NCBI GenBank assembly: GCA_038245905.1
Contig: JBBRRY010000033.1
Span: 1-38,330, forward strand
Length of the DNA: 38,330 bases
Origin: Thermoanaerobaculia bacterium
GTDB lineage: Bacteria; Acidobacteriota; Thermoanaerobaculia; UBA5066
Direction of reading: 5' to 3'
Positions 32,932 through 38,330 of the stretch are shown in pieces; positions within the stretch are counted from its first letter, which is position 1, and each line of letters opens with the position of its first letter. Made by a program: the position numbers and the translations under genes. The notes below the pieces were generated by a model. That model was not told the DNA's origin and searched no databases. It worked only from the letters and a program-made list of their open reading frames with translations.

Positions 32932-33629
32932 GCGCGTGCTCCCACGGGCGCCCGTTCGTCCGCGACGATGCGCCCGTCGAGGAGCCGGATCCGCCGATCC
33001 GCCCTCTCGACGATACGCGGATCGTGGCTCGAAAACAGAAATGCGACTCCGCGCTCGCGGTGAAGCTCCTCGAAGAGGTCGAGGAGGTGCTTCGAGGTCT
33101 CGGAGTCGAGAGAAGCGGTGGGCTCGTCCGCCAGAATGAGGACCGGCTCGCCCACGACCGCCCGGGCCACCGCGACGCGCTGCCGCTGTCCGCCCGAAAG
33201 AGCGTCCGGCCGCCTGTCCTCGAGACCGGCGAGGCCCACGGCGGCGAGGGCGGCGCGGGCGCGCCTGGCGCAGGCGTCTTCCGGGAGCCCGCGAATCCAC
33301 AGGGCGAGGGCGACATTCTCTTCGGCCGAGAGGACGGGCACGAGCTGGTGCGCCTGAAAGACGAAGCCGAGCCTCTCGCGCCGGAGGCGCGAGCGCGCGC
33401 GCTCGTCCAGCGCCGAAACGTCGCGCCCATCGAAGACGAGAGATCCCGAATCCGGAAGGTCGAGGAGGCCGAGCAGGTTCAGAAGGGTCGTCTTGCCGCT
33501 GCCCGAGGGCCCCGCGAGGACCGCGAATTCGCCGGCCTGAAGAACGAGCGACGCATCGGACACACCGACGACGCGTTCCTCGCCGAGGCGATAGATCTTC
33601 GTGAGGCCGCGGGCCTCGAGGATCGACAC
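32928..33629 (-). CDS. LolD-like ABC ATP-binding protein
   Basis: GPSGSGKT, GFVFQ, LSGGQRQR, LADEPT, SHD; GTG 33629. Confidence 0.93.
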   Translation of the reverse strand: MSILEARGLTKIYRLGEERVVGVSDASLVLQAGEFAVLAGPSGSGKTTLLNLLGLLDLPDSGSLVFDGRDVSALDERARSRLRRERLGFVFQAHQLVPVLSAEENVALALWIRGLPEDACARRARAALAAVGLAGLEDRRPDALSGGQRQRVAVARAVVGEPVLILADEPTASLDSETSKHLLDLFEELHRERGVAFLFSSHDPRIVERADRRIRLLDGRIVADERAPVGARA

Positions 33630-33648
33630 GCGGGGAGTATAGGGGCCG

Positions 33649-34257
33649 TTACTCGCGCGCGAGCCGCCGGGCGTCGGCAAGGAGTTTCTCGACTCCAGCA
33701 CCCTCGAGACCGTCGTAGTACCCCCGGATCTCCCGCCGGGCGTCCACGAGAACGAAGTGGGACGAGTGGAGGATCGGCTCTGGGTCGCCCGCGTGCCCGT
33801 CCACGACCGCCAGCTTGAATCCCTTGCCCGCGAGCGCGCGCACGGCAGGACGATCGCCCCGAAGGAACGTCCAACGCTCCGCATCCGCGCGTTGCTGCCG
33901 CGCGTACGTCGCGAGATCGGCGAGACTGTCGTGTTCCGGGTCCACGTCGAACGACACGAACCGGATTCCCGGCTCGTCCTTCAGGGAGGACGCGAGCGCC
34001 GCCATCCGCTCGGACATCATCGGGCAGTACCCGCCGCAGCGCGTGAAGATGAAGTCCGCGACCCATGCCTTTCCCTCAAGGTCCCGCGCAGTGACGGGAC
34101 GGCCGCGCTCGGACGTGAACGCAAAGTCCGGAACGCGCCCGTGTTTCGGAAGTTCCGCCGCGCGGCCACGGCTCATGAAGGCGTAGACGAGCTGGTGCAC
34201 CCCGAGCATTCCCAGGATGACCGCGGAGAGAAGACCGGTGAGCCTGAGCCCTTTCAC
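33649..34257 (-). CDS. SCO1/SenC family protein (3 of 3)
   Basis: FIFTRCGGYCP, VDPEHD, ILHSS, IRGYY; GTGA overlap. Confidence 0.9.
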   Translation of the reverse strand: MKGLRLTGLLSAVILGMLGVHQLVYAFMSRGRAAELPKHGRVPDFAFTSERGRPVTARDLEGKAWVADFIFTRCGGYCPMMSERMAALASSLKDEPGIRFVSFDVDPEHDSLADLATYARQQRADAERWTFLRGDRPAVRALAGKGFKLAVVDGHAGDPEPILHSSHFVLVDARREIRGYYDGLEGAGVEKLLADARRLARE

Positions 34258-34865
34258 GGCGCGACGGGAATCGACGCCGACGCCGTCTTCACGTCGGCGA
34301 GGAGATCCTTCTTCTCGATGCCGGCACCGAAGTACTGCGCGACGATTCTTCCTTGGCGGTCGAGAACCACGGTCTGGAACCCGTGAAACATCTCGCCCTT
34401 CTTGTCCCGGCCGACGCTGACGCCCCAGTCCTGAACGACCTTGTCGACGGCCTCCTTGCTCCCCGTGAGAAATACGACGTCGCGCGGCGAGAGGTGGCTC
34501 TCCTTCATGTGCTGCTTCAGCTTCGCGGGAGTGTCGATCTCGGGATCGAAGGACACCGCGAGAACGAGCGGGCGGTCCTTCGCGGGTCGCCCTTTCCCGG
34601 CCGCGCGCGCGGCTTCGATGCACTCGTCGACGACGAGCGGGCACGCTCCGGGACAACTTGTGAAGATGAAGGTGACGAGGAGCGAACGGCCCGCCCCGTC
34701 CCTGGAGAGAGTGAACGGCTTCGCGTCCTGCGTGAGGAGCGTGAAGTCGATGGCCTGCTTGCCCTCTCCGGCGAGCCGGCTCGCCTTCGTGACGCTCGAC
34801 TGGCCGGCGGCAGGAACCGCCGCCAGGATTGCGAGGGCCATGACGAAACCGGAGGCTCTCTTCAT
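34254..34865 (-). CDS. SCO1/SenC family protein (2 of 3)
   Basis: Signal peptide; FIFTSCPGACP, SFDPEIDTP, FLTG, MFHG; ATGA overlap. Confidence 0.88.
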   Translation of the reverse strand: MKRASGFVMALAILAAVPAAGQSSVTKASRLAGEGKQAIDFTLLTQDAKPFTLSRDGAGRSLLVTFIFTSCPGACPLVVDECIEAARAAGKGRPAKDRPLVLAVSFDPEIDTPAKLKQHMKESHLSPRDVVFLTGSKEAVDKVVQDWGVSVGRDKKGEMFHGFQTVVLDRQGRIVAQYFGAGIEKKDLLADVKTASASIPVAP

Positions 34866-35751
34866 TTGGGCCTCTCTCCCGCCGCGGCCTTGCGCAGATC
34901 GTCCACGAGCTCCTTTGCCTCCCAGTCGTTGCCGCGGCGAATCGAGAAGAGCGTTCCGTCGGGCGCGATGACCGCAGTCGCGAGGCTGTGAACGAACTGC
35001 TCGCCCGTCTTCAGGTAGGTGAGGCCGAAGAACCCAGCGAACTCCTTGATGTGCTCGAGCGTTCCCGTCGCGAAGCGCCAGTGCCCCGGCACGACTCCCG
35101 GCACGCTCCGGAGGAACGGGTCCCGGAAAGCCTTGAGCACGGCCGGCGTGTCGTAGGCGGGATCGAAGCTGACCGAGAGGAGCCGCGTCTTGCCGTAGAG
35201 CTTCGGATCGGCGGCGAGGAGGCGCTCCACTTCCGAGAAGTTCAGGTTCATGCGCGGGCAGAAGTCCGGGAGCGGGCAGCGGGTGAAGATGAACGTCACC
35301 CCGACGGTCTCGCCCTTGAGATCCGCGAGCGAGAACCCTTTCCCCTCCTGGTCCACGAGAGCCGTGACCGGCGCGGCGTCGCCAGGCTTTCCGTAGGGTC
35401 CCTGTGCGGGGATCGTCTCGAGGACGGGCGTCCCGGGGGGACGCGACACGACGATGCCCTCGAGATGCGAGCTGCGGTCGCCCACGAGGAGCTTCGCCTC
35501 GACAATGTCGCCCGGCTTCAGGTCGTCGAGGATCTTCGTCTCGGAGACCGCGAACGGCATCGTCATGGCGTCCATGTAACCGGGTACCGCCTCGTGCTTC
35601 AGAGTGACCCGGCCGCCCGCGCGGTCCACGGAGACGACGACACCCTTGAGCGCATACGGTTTCTCGAGGCCCGTGGGCCTTGGGGCGGCGGGCTTCCGGC
35701 ACGCGGCGGACGCAAGGAGCGCCAGGACCAGGAGGGCCCTTTTCACCGGTC

Positions 35752-35758
<7 letters not shown>
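34862..35758 (-). CDS. Lipoprotein with CusF-like copper-binding domain fused to SCO domain (1 of 3)
   Basis: Lipobox-like SAAC; HEAVPGYMDAMTMPF; FIFTRCPLPDFCP; FVHSL. Start is 35758 or 35755. Confidence 0.88.
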
Positions 35759-36720
<962 letters not shown>

Positions 36721-36778
36721 AGCCGGAGCATAGGAAGAAGACGTGAAGACAACAAGCGCGATCCCGTAGGATCGGGGG

Positions 36779-37756
36779 GTGAGCTCCGACACTCTTCTCG
36801 TCACCGGCGCCGCCGGGTTCATCGGCGCCCGATTCGTCGAGTCCTGCAACGCCCGCGGCGTCCCCGTCGTGAGCGTGGACCGCAAGGACGCCTTCGCCTC
36901 GCGCCCGGAGCACCGCCGCCTCGACTTCGGGAAGCTCCTCGACATCGACGAGATGCCCAGCTGGCTCGCGGACGGCCGCCCAAGCCTCGCCGGCATCGTC
37001 CACATGGGGGCCATTTCCGCGACGACCGAGATGGACGAGGCCGTCCTCAAGCGCCTGAACGTCGACTACTCGAAGAATCTCTGGAACGAGGCCCGCCGCC
37101 TCGGGATTCCCTACGTCTACGCGTCCAGCGCGGCCGTCTACGGCGACGGGGCATTCGGCTTCGACGACGACGACGCTCTCGTTTCGCGCCTCGTGCCCCT
37201 GAACCCCTACGGCGAATCCAAGCGCCGCTTCGACCTGTGGGCCCTCGAGGAAGCCGCAGCGGGCCAAACGCCGCCCTCGTGGGCAGGCTTCCGTTTCTTC
37301 AACGTCTATGGCTTTGGCGAGCGCCACAAGGGCGGCATGGCGAGCGTCGTGCTGCACGGTTACGACCAGGCGAAGGCGACAGGCGCCATTCGACTCTTCC
37401 GGAGCCACAAGCCGGGAGTCGCCGACGGACATCAGACGCGCGACTTCGTGGACGTGCGGGACGCCGTGGACGCGATCTGGTTCGCCCTCGGGTCTCCCGT
37501 CCGCTCCGGCATCTTCAACGTCGGGACCGGCGCCGCCCGGACGTTTCAGGACCTCGCGCGCGCCGTCTTCGAGTCGCTGGGCCTGCGCGAGAACGTCGAG
37601 TTCGTCGACACGCCGCCCGCCCTCCGCGAGAGGTACCAGTACTTCACCGAGGCGAAGATGGAGCGTCTCCGGGCGCAGGGCTTCAAGAAAAAGCCCATCC
37701 GCCTCGAGGACGGCGTCGACTGGTACGTCCGCCGCCTCGAGAGTGAGAGGGCCTGA
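36779..37756 (+). CDS. hldD: ADP-L-glycero-D-manno-heptose 6-epimerase
   Basis: TGAAGFIG, HMGAISATTE, YASSAAVYG, PLNPYGESK, FFNVYG..E.HKG.MAS, RDFV, YQYFTEA. Confidence 0.92.
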   Translation: MSSDTLLVTGAAGFIGARFVESCNARGVPVVSVDRKDAFASRPEHRRLDFGKLLDIDEMPSWLADGRPSLAGIVHMGAISATTEMDEAVLKRLNVDYSKNLWNEARRLGIPYVYASSAAVYGDGAFGFDDDDALVSRLVPLNPYGESKRRFDLWALEEAAAGQTPPSWAGFRFFNVYGFGERHKGGMASVVLHGYDQAKATGAIRLFRSHKPGVADGHQTRDFVDVRDAVDAIWFALGSPVRSGIFNVGTGAARTFQDLARAVFESLGLRENVEFVDTPPALRERYQYFTEAKMERLRAQGFKKKPIRLEDGVDWYVRRLESERA

Positions 37757-37889
37757 CCGAGGCCTTCCGCGCTTCTCGACGAATGTGCGACCGTTGAAGG
37801 TGAAGAGGGAGAAAGCTCCCTACAGCGCGGCCGATGATGATGGCCGCCAGCAATGCGTCAGCGTGACAAGGGCGGGTGACGGTGGCCTT

Positions 37890-38072
37890 TCAGTGCCCGC
37901 GGGCTCGGAAAGCGAGGTAGGCGAGAAGAACGGCGAAGGCGAGCAATATGAATCGCGCCACGCCCATGAGGTGAGTGTTCGCGACGGGTCGGGCGCCCGT
38001 CGGCTGTATCCACAGGACCGCCGCCACACCGGCGGCCACCACCGCTAACGCGAGAAGCGCGAGCCAACTCAT
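37890..38072 (-). CDS. Small two-helix membrane protein (60 aa)
   Basis: MSWLALLALAVVAAGVAAVLWIQPTGARPVANTHLMGVARFILLAFAVLLAYLAFRARGH; purine-rich AAGGAAGG upstream. Confidence 0.65.
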   Translation of the reverse strand: MSWLALLALAVVAAGVAAVLWIQPTGARPVANTHLMGVARFILLAFAVLLAYLAFRARGH

Positions 38073-38330
38073 CGAGGACAGCTTACCTTCCTTTCGTTCT
38101 CTGTGCCGCGTCCGAACCGCGCTGGTGTTCGCGTGCCGCCAAGCGTGACTCGGGCTGCGTAACGATATCGAGTTCAGCGGCGAGCGAGGCGAGATGGGAT
38201 GAGAAGGCCGGTCTCCCCAACGCAGTCGGAAAATCCGCTGCAAGGACATCACGGGCTCGAGGCCCAGAAGGGAGACCGGCCGTGGAGAAGCGTAGCACCG
38301 GGAACGGGACGGAGGGGATGGGGGCGTGGA

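Noticed and set aside
30939-33629. ABC set with only one permease and a LolA-like protein
   Set aside because: A common, known module; nothing distinctive visible.
38073-38330. Possible RNA gene or repeat at the right end
   Set aside because: No tRNA cloverleaf, repeat or convincing ORF recognised; context is truncated.

Overview
GC-rich bacterial DNA. Gene style is reminiscent of Acidobacteriota (Thermoanaerobaculia-like), which is an inference only. From left to right: (i) a decayed nucleotidyltransferase pair and an intact AbrB/VapC toxin-antitoxin pair; (ii) an ~8 kb accessory block with two paralogous ECF sigma + zinc-finger/TPR gene pairs that bracket a 12-Cys secreted mini-protein, a large beta-sandwich exported protein and an unannotated 21-codon ORF; (iii) a panB-panC-coaX-coaBC operon led by a two-hairpin pan-motif-like RNA and lacking panD; (iv) a reductive pyrimidine/beta-alanine catabolic cluster (mmsA, beta-ureidopropionase, hydA, class III aminotransferase, short preA, NCS1 permease), interrupted by an M12-like metalloprotease and by a 1883-aa kinase-STAND ATPase-TPR-2x family-5 solute-binding fusion; (v) an S9 peptidase, a LolD/LolE/LolA-like ABC set, a deoxyhypusine-synthase-like gene coupled to three SCO genes, hldD and a small membrane protein. 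No rRNA, tRNA, CRISPR array or transposase was seen. All calls come from reading motifs by eye; no searches were run.
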